Below are positions 31,870 through 40,560 of a stretch of DNA of 40,560 bases, one piece after another. The notes beneath the pieces were generated by a model. The model searched no databases and was not told the DNA's origin. It worked only from the letters and a program-made list of their open reading frames with translations. A program made the translations under genes and the position numbers. Each line of letters begins with the position of its first letter. Positions within the stretch are counted from its first letter, which is position 1. The DNA comes from an uncultured Planctomycetaceae bacterium (GTDB taxonomy: Bacteria > Planctomycetota > Planctomycetia > Pirellulales > Thermoguttaceae): positions 1-40,560 of the forward strand of contig CAZWCE010000027.1 in NCBI GenBank assembly GCA_964632505.1, written 5' to 3'.

Positions 31870-34800
31870 ATGTCCTCGAATCGCTTTCAGGAAATCATTG
31901 ACCAGTTCGAACAGGCGCTCGCGGCCGGCGAAGAGATTGCCCTGGAAGATTTTCTGGACCGCTTCCATGGCATCGACCGTTTCGAATTGAAGCGGAAGCT
32001 CCGCAAAGCCCAGCGTCGATTCGATACCCGGGCGACCGTTTTTCATAATATCGACGAATTGATCCGAGCGACGGCCGAGGCCGGCATCGTCAGCGAACAG
32101 GAAATGCAGGACCATTTGGCGATCATTCCGAAGCGGATCTATCCCACCACGGCCCGGGAGTTGGCCCGCTATCTTTGCGATATCGGGGTCCTGACGCCGT
32201 TTCAGGCAAATTCGCTCTTGAAAGGTCAGGGGAAGCGACTCCAGCTCGACGAGTACATCATCCTCGACAAACTCGGAGAAGGAGGAATGGGCGTCGTTTA
32301 CAAGGCCCGCCCCCAATCCGGCGGCGAAGTGGTGGCGCTGAAGATGCTCACTTCATTCGCGCGTCACCTGAAATCGAGTCGTTCGAAGTTGATGCACGAG
32401 ATCGACATGATGAAGGGACTCTCCCATCCGAATCTGGTGCGGGGGCTCGGTTCGATCGAGGTCGAGGGACTTCCCGTGTTGATCATGGAGTACGTCGACG
32501 GGGAGAATCTGGACCGACGGGTGAAAAGCCGGGGACCGCTTTCGGTGACCGAAGCCCTCGAGTACGTCATTCAGGCCGCCGGCGGACTGGAATACGCGCA
32601 TGCCGAGGGAATCGTCCATCGCGACGTCAAACCGCACAATATCCTGGTGACTCCGGCCGGTGAAGCGAAGCTTCTCGATATGGGCCTCGCCTGCATGAGT
32701 TGGGAACTGGAGCTGGGGATGGACTTCTCCGAAGAAGTTCCCCGGCCGACGCAGGGGAATATCGTCGGGACCCTCGACTATTTGGCGCCGGAACTGACGC
32801 ATCCCCGTCGTGAAGGCGATCATCGGACCGACATCTACGCCCTCGGTTGCACCCTTTACTTCTTGTTGGTCGGCGAAGTTCCCTATCCCGGCGGTGATTT
32901 TCTCGAGAAGGTCGAGGCGCATCGGAAGGCCCCCCTGCCTTCGCTCCGGGCTGCCCGCGACGACGTGCCGGTGCCGCTCGAGACGGTCTTTCAGAAGATG
33001 ATGGCCAAGAAGCCGGAAGATCGCCCTTCCTCGATGCAGCAGGTCTCCCAGGAGTTGGAACAAGTATTGGAGATGCTCCGGCCGAATCCGGAATATCGAC
33101 CGCTGGAACCTCCGCCGGTGGTGATCGATCTCCATCGCCGAGATGCTGCGGTGGCGGGAAATTCCCCGCCGGAGCGTCGCCGGCGAATCGGAGCTGCCTT
33201 CTCCCTGCTCGTCACGGCGCTGATCGCGTTGTGGCAGGCGTTCTGGAATCCGATCGTTGAGGGATCCCAAGAACTCCGATTGAGCCTCCGCGATTTCATC
33301 CAGTCTCAATCGGGCTTGCGCCGCCGCGCGAAAAAAGTGGTTCGCTGGATGCTGTTTCTCGCCGTCCTCGGGGGGACCGGCTATGCGACGTGGTACTACT
33401 GGCCCCGGCAGATGAACGCCGGATTGGTGGAGATCCGCTCGAATGTTCCCGGCACGGTGCTGGAGATCCACGACAGCGACGGAGAGTCGATTCCCGTCCG
33501 GAATGCCCGCGGAAAGGAACGCCCTGCCCTGTTGCGCGAACGTGACGCCGTGGTACGCTTGCCCGTCGGAGAGTACACGTTGACGTTCAAAAAGCACCCT
33601 TTTCAGGACTTCACGCGGAAGATTCTCGTCGGCAAGGCGTCTGAGGATTCCCCGGCCCTGTTTTTGCCAACCGGCGAAACGGTCACGCTGCCGGTGGGCA
33701 TGAACTATTCCCAATCGTTTCGTTTGCACGCGGAGAAAACGGATCCTGTCGAGGGATCCGCTCCCCCCGAAGCGATGACCGTGACGGTCACGAGCCTGGA
33801 ATCGGAGGAACAGATCGCTCGGCGCGAGATGTCGGGAGACCAATTGACCGTTCCCGCTCCGCCGGGATATTATCGCATCGAAGCGGTTGCCCCCGGTTTT
33901 CTCCCTTGGGAGAGGGAAGAATTTCTTTTTCTGGATTCCCGGAAAGAGCTGGAGATTTCTCTCCAGCCGCTTCCCGAGGAGGAAGAGATCGTTGAAGCAA
34001 CTCCCGGCGGCGAGGTCCCGGAAACGGAGCTCCTGGTTCAGGTCGACAGCGCCTCGGCTCGGGTGATGGTTTCACCGGCCGGCGAGGATGTCGATCCGGA
34101 TGACTACTGGATGGATTTTCCGCGAAGCGGCATCGCCCGATTCTCGCTTCCTCAAGGTCGCTATTTGGTCACCGTCTTCCACGACGATCCCGCGTGGCCC
34201 CGTTATTCCAGCGACGTGATGGGCAAATCACCTCAATTTCGCCGGTTGGTCCAGCAATATGTCCGGGTCCAGCCGGACGAGGCGACGGAACTGGAAGTGA
34301 CGCTGCCTCCGGCGATCGAATTGGGTTGGGGAAGTTACTCGAAGGTCACGGCGTTGACGATCGGGCCGGAGGGACGCCTCCTCGCGCTCGGACTGGAGGA
34401 TTCGTCGATCTGCTTTTGGGATCTCACGACCGGCTCCCTTGATTTCCGTCTTCTGGAACACGACGAGGCGGTCACCGCGATCTCTTTTTCGCCCGACGGG
34501 ACGGAACTGGCGACCGGGGCTCGGTTCGGCGCCGACAAGCGTCGCCTGCTGGATAAAGACCGCTCCGTCTCGACGCCGATCATTTTCTGGGATCTCCGCT
34601 CGCGACAGAAGCTTCGAACTTTCCAGCGACATCAGGAAACGGTCTCCCTGCTGGCGTTCGTTTCGGGCGATTCCTCACGACTGCTTTCCGGAGATGCGGG
34701 AGGAAATCTTCATTTATGGGATACCCGGATCGGCTCGAAGATCCACACGTTGCCTACGGTGGAAGGGAAAGTGTTGGGCTATCATTTTCCCGATTCGGAG

Positions 34801-35430
34801 AAGGCGCACCTCGGCCATGCCCGGGGACTCACTTCCTTGCGCCTGGTTCCTCCCATCACGATCCTGAAAGAGTTCGCCCTGGAAGAACCCGTCGTTCCAT
34901 CGCTGCAAGTGGATCCGAAAGGGAGGTTGCTTCTGGCCTCCGGCAATGCTCTTTTGCGGTGGTCGCCCGGCGAAGAGGAGTTCGAAACCCTGTTGACCGT
35001 CGCCGGTCCGATCCGTTGCATGACTCTTTCGCCGGATGGCAAGCGGACGCTTGTGGCCACGGGCGAAAATGCGGCGCTTTATTCGCTGGAAGATCGCGAC
35101 TATCTCGGTGAATTGATGGGGCATGAGCATGCCATCACCCATTTGGCGTTTCATCCCCGGGGGCGGGGGCACTTTCTGCTCAGCGCTTCTCGGGACGGGA
35201 CGGTTCGATTCTGGCATCCCCAAACACTCAAGCTCCTGTTCCGGCTTTACTGCTCCCCACGGGGAGACTGGCTCGCGATCACTCCGGAGGGCAAGTTCGA
35301 CGGCTCGGCGGCCCCCCGAGAGAAACTGAGCTTCTCAAGCGATGAAGAAGAGAACTCCGCGATGCACCGCTTGTATCGCGAGCCGGAGTTGATGCGTACG
35401 ATCTTTCAGCGTTTGACTCAACAGCCGTGA
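31870..35430 (+). CDS. Ser/Thr protein kinase with a C-terminal WD40 beta-propeller
   Basis: Kinase subdomains: GEGGMGVVYKA, VVALK, HRDVKPHNIL, a DMG variant of DFG, and DYLAPE. A TM segment lies mid-protein (AFSLLVTALIALWQAFW). The C-terminal WD repeats carry W-D dipeptides (ICFWDLT, IIFWDLRS, LHLWDTR, VRFWHPQ). I place the start at the ATG at 31870, downstream of the leader terminator. The upstream ATGs at 31534 and 31798 lie in or through the terminator. Confidence 0.85.
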   Translation: MSSNRFQEIIDQFEQALAAGEEIALEDFLDRFHGIDRFELKRKLRKAQRRFDTRATVFHNIDELIRATAEAGIVSEQEMQDHLAIIPKRIYPTTARELARYLCDIGVLTPFQANSLLKGQGKRLQLDEYIILDKLGEGGMGVVYKARPQSGGEVVALKMLTSFARHLKSSRSKLMHEIDMMKGLSHPNLVRGLGSIEVEGLPVLIMEYVDGENLDRRVKSRGPLSVTEALEYVIQAAGGLEYAHAEGIVHRDVKPHNILVTPAGEAKLLDMGLACMSWELELGMDFSEEVPRPTQGNIVGTLDYLAPELTHPRREGDHRTDIYALGCTLYFLLVGEVPYPGGDFLEKVEAHRKAPLPSLRAARDDVPVPLETVFQKMMAKKPEDRPSSMQQVSQELEQVLEMLRPNPEYRPLEPPPVVIDLHRRDAAVAGNSPPERRRRIGAAFSLLVTALIALWQAFWNPIVEGSQELRLSLRDFIQSQSGLRRRAKKVVRWMLFLAVLGGTGYATWYYWPRQMNAGLVEIRSNVPGTVLEIHDSDGESIPVRNARGKERPALLRERDAVVRLPVGEYTLTFKKHPFQDFTRKILVGKASEDSPALFLPTGETVTLPVGMNYSQSFRLHAEKTDPVEGSAPPEAMTVTVTSLESEEQIARREMSGDQLTVPAPPGYYRIEAVAPGFLPWEREEFLFLDSRKELEISLQPLPEEEEIVEATPGGEVPETELLVQVDSASARVMVSPAGEDVDPDDYWMDFPRSGIARFSLPQGRYLVTVFHDDPAWPRYSSDVMGKSPQFRRLVQQYVRVQPDEATELEVTLPPAIELGWGSYSKVTALTIGPEGRLLALGLEDSSICFWDLTTGSLDFRLLEHDEAVTAISFSPDGTELATGARFGADKRRLLDKDRSVSTPIIFWDLRSRQKLRTFQRHQETVSLLAFVSGDSSRLLSGDAGGNLHLWDTRIGSKIHTLPTVEGKVLGYHFPDSEKAHLGHARGLTSLRLVPPITILKEFALEEPVVPSLQVDPKGRLLLASGNALLRWSPGEEEFETLLTVAGPIRCMTLSPDGKRTLVATGENAALYSLEDRDYLGELMGHEHAITHLAFHPRGRGHFLLSASRDGTVRFWHPQTLKLLFRLYCSPRGDWLAITPEGKFDGSAAPREKLSFSSDEEENSAMHRLYREPELMRTIFQRLTQQP

Positions 35431-35610
35431 CGGAAGCCGGCGATTCCTTGAAAAAAGTGCGGCTTCTTCAGGAACCGTTCTTGCGTGATGTATGCTTGAT
35501 GGGACATAATAAGCGATATTCGTTGCGGTGGGGTTTCTCGCCAAAGGAGTCCTCCTTCCCGCGATAACCGGTGATGATTCCTCTTGACGAAAGAATGGTC
35601 CGGACCGAAA

Positions 35611-37548
35611 ATGAGTACGATTATCATTGCACTTCTTGCTTTTGTGGGGTATCTGGTCGCCTACTTCACCTACGGCCGATGGCTGGCGAGGAAGATCTTC
35701 CGTCTCGACCCGGATGCATTGGTGCCGAGCCAAGAATTCCAGGACGACGTCGATTACGTCCCCACGCCGAAAAGCGTCGTGTTCGGACACCATTTCACCA
35801 GTATCGCGGGCACCGGTCCGATCGTCGGGCCGGCCATCGCCGTCATATGGGGATGGCTGCCGGCCTTGCTCTGGGTCTTTTTCGGATGCATTTTCATCGG
35901 GGCCGTGCACGATTTCTCCACCCTGGTCATCTCTCTGCGACACAAGGGCAAATCGATCGGCGACGTCGCCGGAGAGATCGTCTCGCCGCGAGCGAGAATC
36001 CTGTTCCTGTTGATCCTTTCCTTTGCCCTGTGCATCGTCATCGCGGTGTTCGGGCTGGTCATCGCCTCGCTGTTCAAGATCTACCCCCAATCGGTATTTC
36101 CCGTCTGGATGGCACTCCCCTGCGCTGTCGTCATCGGGTTCTATTACCATCGCCGCCACGGCGCGGGGCTCTTGGCTCCTTCCCTGATGGTTCTGGTATT
36201 GCTGTACGTCTTCATCGGCATCGGCGCCTATTGGCTGCCGATTCAACTCCCCGACCAACTGCTGGGCGGGCAGCTTCCCGAGTCGGTTGCGGCGTATACC
36301 AATCCGGTGGTTGTTTGGACGGTCATCTTACTGGTCTACTGTTTCATCGCTTCCGTGCTGCCGGTCTGGTGTCTCTTGCAACCACGCGATTACATCAACA
36401 GCCACCAACTGATCGTCGCTCTCTTTCTGCTGATGGTCGGGATCTTTATCGCCGGAATCTATTACCCGGAAGCCGATCTGGTCCGGAACGCTCCGGCCCT
36501 GGTGCATCGCGATGATCTCCCCCCGATCTTTCCGATCCTTTTCATCACGATCGCCTGCGGGGCGATCAGCGGGTTTCACTGCCTTGTGGCGACCGGGACC
36601 ACGAGCAAACAAGTGCTCAAGGAAAGCGATGCCCGTGCGATCGGCTACGGCGGGATGTTGATGGAGGGGGTGCTCGCGACGATGGTCATTTTGGCCTGTT
36701 GCGCCGGAATCGGGATGGGAACCGATGTCAAGATCGCCGAACTGGCGAAGGTGCCGGGACTCTCCGCCGAAGCGGGAATTTCCCCGGAAGATGATCTCTC
36801 GAAGGAAGCCCCTCCGATCGAAGTCGAAATGACGCCCGGAGACGGGGAAACGCCTAATGCCGAACCGCAGACCGTAACGTCGAAGGAGGGAACCGTCCGA
36901 CTGACCGGCAGCGACGCTTGGAAAAGCCGGTACAGCGGCGGCTGGAACGATTTCACGCTCGGCCAAAAAGTGGGGGTCTTCGTCGATGGCGGCGCGAACT
37001 TCCTCTCCGCCCTCGGCTTGCCGTTGCCTTGGGCGATCGGCATCATGGCCGTTCTCGTCGCTTCGTTCGCGGCGACCACGCTCGACACCTCGACCCGGTT
37101 GCAACGCTACGTTCTCCAGGAGATCGGCAGTACCCACGGTCTCCTCACTCCGCTGAAAAACAAGTACTTCGCCACGACGCTCGCCGTAGTGACCGCCGGT
37201 GCGATCGCCATTCTGCCCGGATCGGGAGGCGTTCCCGGAACCGGCGGTCTGATCATCTGGCCGCTTTTCGGCTCGATCAACCAGTTGCTCGCCGGGCTCT
37301 CTTTCCTGGTGATCCTCTGCTATTTGATGCGCAAGGGATGGAACGTGAAATTCGTCATTGTCCCCCTGCTTCTCTTGCTGATTTTGCCCGCCTGGGCAAT
37401 GACCGGCTTCGTGATCGATTGGCTCGGTGAAGGCGATTATTTGCTCGCCGGGATCGGCATCGCGTCACTGCTTTTGGAAGCCTGGATGATCGTCGAAGGA
37501 GTGCTCCTTCTCCGTCGTCTCAAGGAAGAATCTCTTCTGAACGGGTGA
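35611..37548 (+). CDS. cstA: Carbon starvation protein A
   Basis: The N-terminus MSTIIIALLAFVGYLVAYFTYGRWLARKIF...VVFGHHFTSIAGTGPIVGPAIAVIWGWLPALLWV is diagnostic of CstA. It is polytopic throughout. Confidence 0.9.
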   Translation: MSTIIIALLAFVGYLVAYFTYGRWLARKIFRLDPDALVPSQEFQDDVDYVPTPKSVVFGHHFTSIAGTGPIVGPAIAVIWGWLPALLWVFFGCIFIGAVHDFSTLVISLRHKGKSIGDVAGEIVSPRARILFLLILSFALCIVIAVFGLVIASLFKIYPQSVFPVWMALPCAVVIGFYYHRRHGAGLLAPSLMVLVLLYVFIGIGAYWLPIQLPDQLLGGQLPESVAAYTNPVVVWTVILLVYCFIASVLPVWCLLQPRDYINSHQLIVALFLLMVGIFIAGIYYPEADLVRNAPALVHRDDLPPIFPILFITIACGAISGFHCLVATGTTSKQVLKESDARAIGYGGMLMEGVLATMVILACCAGIGMGTDVKIAELAKVPGLSAEAGISPEDDLSKEAPPIEVEMTPGDGETPNAEPQTVTSKEGTVRLTGSDAWKSRYSGGWNDFTLGQKVGVFVDGGANFLSALGLPLPWAIGIMAVLVASFAATTLDTSTRLQRYVLQEIGSTHGLLTPLKNKYFATTLAVVTAGAIAILPGSGGVPGTGGLIIWPLFGSINQLLAGLSFLVILCYLMRKGWNVKFVIVPLLLLLILPAWAMTGFVIDWLGEGDYLLAGIGIASLLLEAWMIVEGVLLLRRLKEESLLNG

Positions 37549-37758
37549 CGGAAACGATCCCCGGAAAAAAGCTGATCGGCTCTATGAAAGCTTGACTCCC
37601 GGAGACGGTTGCGACGATGATTCCGAACGGGACGATCATGATGGAAACGCGAAAAGAAGACACCGCCATGAGTAACCCCCTTTTCTTGTCATATACTTGA
37701 AATGGGGCTTGGCCGCGGGTTCGATTCTCCATCATGTATCTCGAAAAGGAGCATTCTC

Positions 37759-38079
37759 ATGCATCCCGGTCTCATTGGCGGATTGGTGGGCTCTCTTGCA
37801 GGTCTCGCCGGCGGATTGGTCGGAACGTATTTCAGCATCAAGAACACCGATGGTCCCAGAGAGCGGGCGTTCATGATCCGCGCCGCGGCGGCCATGTGGG
37901 GGACCTTTTTGTTGATACTTGGGTTGATATTCGTGCTACCAACCCCCTACCGCTGGTTTGTGTGGATTCCGTTCAGCATTCTATTGCCGCTTTCCATCGT
38001 CTACGGCAACAAGCGGCAGCAGGAGATTCGCCAAGAAGAGGCGCAGAGCCGGGAAATACCCGATCGCGGTCTCTCTTGA
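37759..38079 (+). CDS. Small membrane protein (hypothetical)
   Basis: Starts MHPGLIGGLVGSLAGLAGGLVG with AAGGAG 8 nt upstream. It has two or three TM helices and a charged C-terminus. Confidence 0.45.
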   Translation: MHPGLIGGLVGSLAGLAGGLVGTYFSIKNTDGPRERAFMIRAAAAMWGTFLLILGLIFVLPTPYRWFVWIPFSILLPLSIVYGNKRQQEIRQEEAQSREIPDRGLS

Positions 38080-38184
38080 GCATTTGCCGACAAGCGACGA
38101 CCACGGTCGACACGAGGGCGAACCGCTCCGGCGAAATGTCCGAATCGGTCGCATCACGGTCCATCGAGAATCGGGTTGTGAGGA

Positions 38185-39510
38185 TCAGGGTCGTGAGAGC
38201 TTGCCGGTGAGGCGATATAGTTCGAGGATCACTTCATCGAGCATGCGTTCTCCGGTACCGGGTTCGGCGATCAATCCGTAGGACGCCCCGTACCCCCCCT
38301 CGGCGGCCGCTTCGATGGTCGGAAAGTAGGAGTACATGCCGTTGCAGTAGCCGACGAAGAAGGTGTGTTCCACGGGCGATCGTCGATCGAGTTCCACCTG
38401 GAAGTCGTCGAAGAACTCTCCGGGAAATCCGCACCAGGCGATCTTGTCGCCCAACATTAGGACCGAGAGCGGAGCCTGGAAGGTGCGATCGGAATCGAGG
38501 AAACTCTTGTAGCCTTCTTCGCTGAGGAAACCGCGGAGCATACTGTCCATACGATCATCTTCGATCGGATGTCGCAGGCCGAACGTGACGCTCGGCGAGG
38601 CCCAGCGAATCGTCCAATCTTCCTGCTCGACGGGGGCGCATTGGTCGAACGCCCCGACCACGGCACGCCCAACCTTTTCCCCTTCTTCGACAAGTTTCGG
38701 GTAACGAGAAACATCATCGCCGAGATAGCCGGCCAGATAGGGATTGATCTCGCCGCATGCTCCCTGGAGGAAAAGACATTCTCCACCCGTTTCTTTCTCG
38801 ACGAATCGACTGACGACCCCCGGCACATCGCCGGAGACGCCCAGGCTTCTGCTCGAACTGATCACCGGATGGCAAGCGAAATGGACCAACGTGGCGACCG
38901 GTTCGTGTTGGTCGTTTTCGATGCGAAGGATCTTGACCCGCTGGTCGACCGGATGGGTGAATTCGCGGTCGTGATTCTGCCAGAACATGGTGATGCTGCC
39001 GTCCTCATTTTTCTTACGGCGGTCGTACGTGATATCGACCTCACAAACGCCGCTCTTGAAGGAGACCGGTTGCAGGTTCTCGAGGGCTTGTTCCACCGCT
39101 TTGATGGTTTTCTCCACGACGGTTTCGTTCCAAGGGATCGGCTGGTCGTGCTTGCCCATGGTGGGGGCCGCATGAGAATGCGTCGCCGTAAGGAAAACGG
39201 CGTCGATCCCCGATTCGGTTTCGAGACGCCGGTGGAGATTTTCCAGCCATCGACCTTTGGGAGGGGTGCCGAGATCATAGGAAACGATCGCCGCCTGGGA
39301 GGTACCGTCGTCGAATACGACCGTCCGGCAATAGAGGCGGTCGAGAATATCGGTGAAAGATTCCTTCCGTGCCTTGTATCCGTAGAGATCCATCGGTTCG
39401 GAGGGGGTGATCTCCATCTTGCTCGATCCCGCCCGGATCGAATCGGCACCCGCCACCAGGCTACAGAAAAACAGAATCGAAAAAAAACTTGCCATCATCT
39501 TCTGAATCAT
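38185..39510 (-). CDS. Neutral/alkaline ceramidase-family hydrolase (secreted)
   Basis: Signal peptide. AVFLTATHSHAAPT and the overall architecture resemble the N-terminal domain of neutral ceramidases; the family call is tentative. Confidence 0.6.
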   Translation of the reverse strand: MIQKMMASFFSILFFCSLVAGADSIRAGSSKMEITPSEPMDLYGYKARKESFTDILDRLYCRTVVFDDGTSQAAIVSYDLGTPPKGRWLENLHRRLETESGIDAVFLTATHSHAAPTMGKHDQPIPWNETVVEKTIKAVEQALENLQPVSFKSGVCEVDITYDRRKKNEDGSITMFWQNHDREFTHPVDQRVKILRIENDQHEPVATLVHFACHPVISSSRSLGVSGDVPGVVSRFVEKETGGECLFLQGACGEINPYLAGYLGDDVSRYPKLVEEGEKVGRAVVGAFDQCAPVEQEDWTIRWASPSVTFGLRHPIEDDRMDSMLRGFLSEEGYKSFLDSDRTFQAPLSVLMLGDKIAWCGFPGEFFDDFQVELDRRSPVEHTFFVGYCNGMYSYFPTIEAAAEGGYGASYGLIAEPGTGERMLDEVILELYRLTGKLSRP

Positions 39511-39874
39511 CTTTTTTCTCCTTCTTCACGGGGACGACGTTCATGAGAAATCGGAGGGCGGAAGCGGGAAAAGGAACCCCATAGGGAGACCTTGCATTCA
39601 TGCGTCGGCGGAGGATCGAGCGAAGTCGATGCGAGCGGACCTCCGGACATCATTGATCAATTGTGGGACGCTAAGAAATCCACGACGATGCCACCATGGA
39701 TATTCTATCTCGGTGTCAATGCCGTGTCCAGCGGACGATGGCTTGACTTGTCCTGAGACAGACAGGGGGGAACACGACACATGGTGTTTTCCACGATCTC
39801 GTTTTCCTCCATCGGCCACACGACAACAAATCGCCGCATCGTCTCCGAACAGCGATCGTCGTGCATCAGGCGGA

Positions 39875-40200
39875 TCAGCAAGACCAGGATGGGGCGTGGG
39901 GAGTCCTTGAAATACTGCATAACAAGTTCCGTCGGCTCAAGGTCGTCTTCGGCGACGCGGCGTATGGTCGCAGCAGTCTGCCCGACTGGGTGTGGCTCTT
40001 GCAAGCTGCGGCGATGCGGTGTTGCCGGTCCTGGATCGTATTGGCCGTGTGCTCGGTCCGCTTGGTCGAGGCACGGTTGCCAAACCACCAACTCCGCACG
40101 GGGGCGCCGAGTGCTCGAACCACGTCGATGTTCTTTTGGTCCGCGAGAAGCAGTCGCCCGGCAGCCAGACGACGGTTGACCTGCTTCCCAGATCTTGATC
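39875..40200 (-). pseudogene. Decayed IS5-family (IS427/IS1031-group-like) transposase C-terminal remnant
   Basis: One minus-strand frame reads KQVNRRLAAGRLLLADQKNIDVVRALGAP...FGNRASTKRTEH...IQDRQHRIAAA...LSRRNLLCSISRTPHAPSW. This aligns with the IS5-family C-terminus ...LVADRGYDS..ALAELGI..IPPKRNRK...YKERNRVERFFGRLK..RRIATRYDKLARNYLAFVHLASILLWL, including a degenerate ADKGYD motif. It is broken over three frames with stops. Confidence 0.45.
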
Positions 40201-40249
40201 CATATGCTATGAGAGTCGATCAGCTTTTTTTAGCGAGGAGACTTTCAGC

Positions 40250-40560
40250 ATGCCACGACGGAAGAAACAGCATACGCCGGAGCAGATCATCAAGAAGCTT
40301 CGGGAAGCGGATACGATGCTTGTAGCGAATAAGACGATTTCGCAGGTTGTGCAGACTTTGGAGATCAGCGAGCAAACGCTTCACCGTTGTCGAAGCGTCA
40401 TTGGGGCGAACTCAGACAACTGTTCAGGCGTTTACGTAAGGTGCAAGGCGAAGTGGCGGCGAGGGAAACCTATCGCGACATCGAACGATTCCTGGAGAAG
40501 AAGAACACGGCGGCCTTGACGCGGTCGCGCTTCCTCCGCGCCTCGGTCTTCACCTCGTAT
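40250..40560 (+). mobile_element. IS3-family transposase OrfA (N-terminal HTH), 3'-truncated by the window and apparently frameshifted
   Basis: MPRRKKQHTPEQIIKKLREADTMLVANKTISQVVQTLEISEQTLHR matches the IS3/IS911 OrfA N-terminus (MPRRKK..TPE.II.KLREAE..L..GKTI.EV...LGISEQT.YRWR). After about 40400 the similarity continues in the +1 frame (RRLRKVQGEVAARE resembles KRLRELEKENARLKR). GC is about 50%. Confidence 0.65.

Overview
This is a 40.6 kb chromosomal segment, about 60% GC, with a Planctomycetota-like gene repertoire. Family markers include a DUF1559 prepilin-type protein, a sulfatase with the C-x-P-S-R motif, a Ser/Thr kinase with WD40 repeats, an orphan Flp pilin and a LysM/YkuD protein with a Pro/Ser-rich linker. 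I find no complete named defence or secretion system. The left edge is unusual: it carries the 3' part of an integron-type integrase (IntI signature insert present) in noticeably lower-GC DNA, then a hairpin terminator, then a tRNA-Arg(ACG) gene whose 3' end faces the integrase. The right edge is a graveyard of insertion sequences: a decayed IS5-family transposase remnant abutted by the start of an IS3-family orfA that appears frameshifted. The segment between them is a dense run of ordinary accessory and housekeeping genes. These include an esterase, a DUF3524 glycosyltransferase, a SAM methyltransferase, pyrE and cstA. A MacAB/YknXYZ-like ABC efflux operon is present whose membrane-fusion adaptor carries a canonical C-terminal EF-hand pair. 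A same-strand string follows: NfeD, flotillin, an exported NPCBM-domain protein, a giant two-domain HtrA-like protein with a dead second domain, a shorter HtrA-like protein with catalytic Ser replaced by Tyr, and a small membrane protein. There is also an M20 peptidase and a GH2 beta-galactosidase with a large LamG-containing insertion. The most system-like non-coding feature sits upstream of the kinase: a TATAAT box, an AGGAG ribosome-binding site, a 27-codon upstream ORF and a perfect intrinsic terminator, which together look like an attenuator-type leader. Many long ORFs in the six-frame track are antisense or out-of-frame artefacts of the high GC content and low-complexity repeats.
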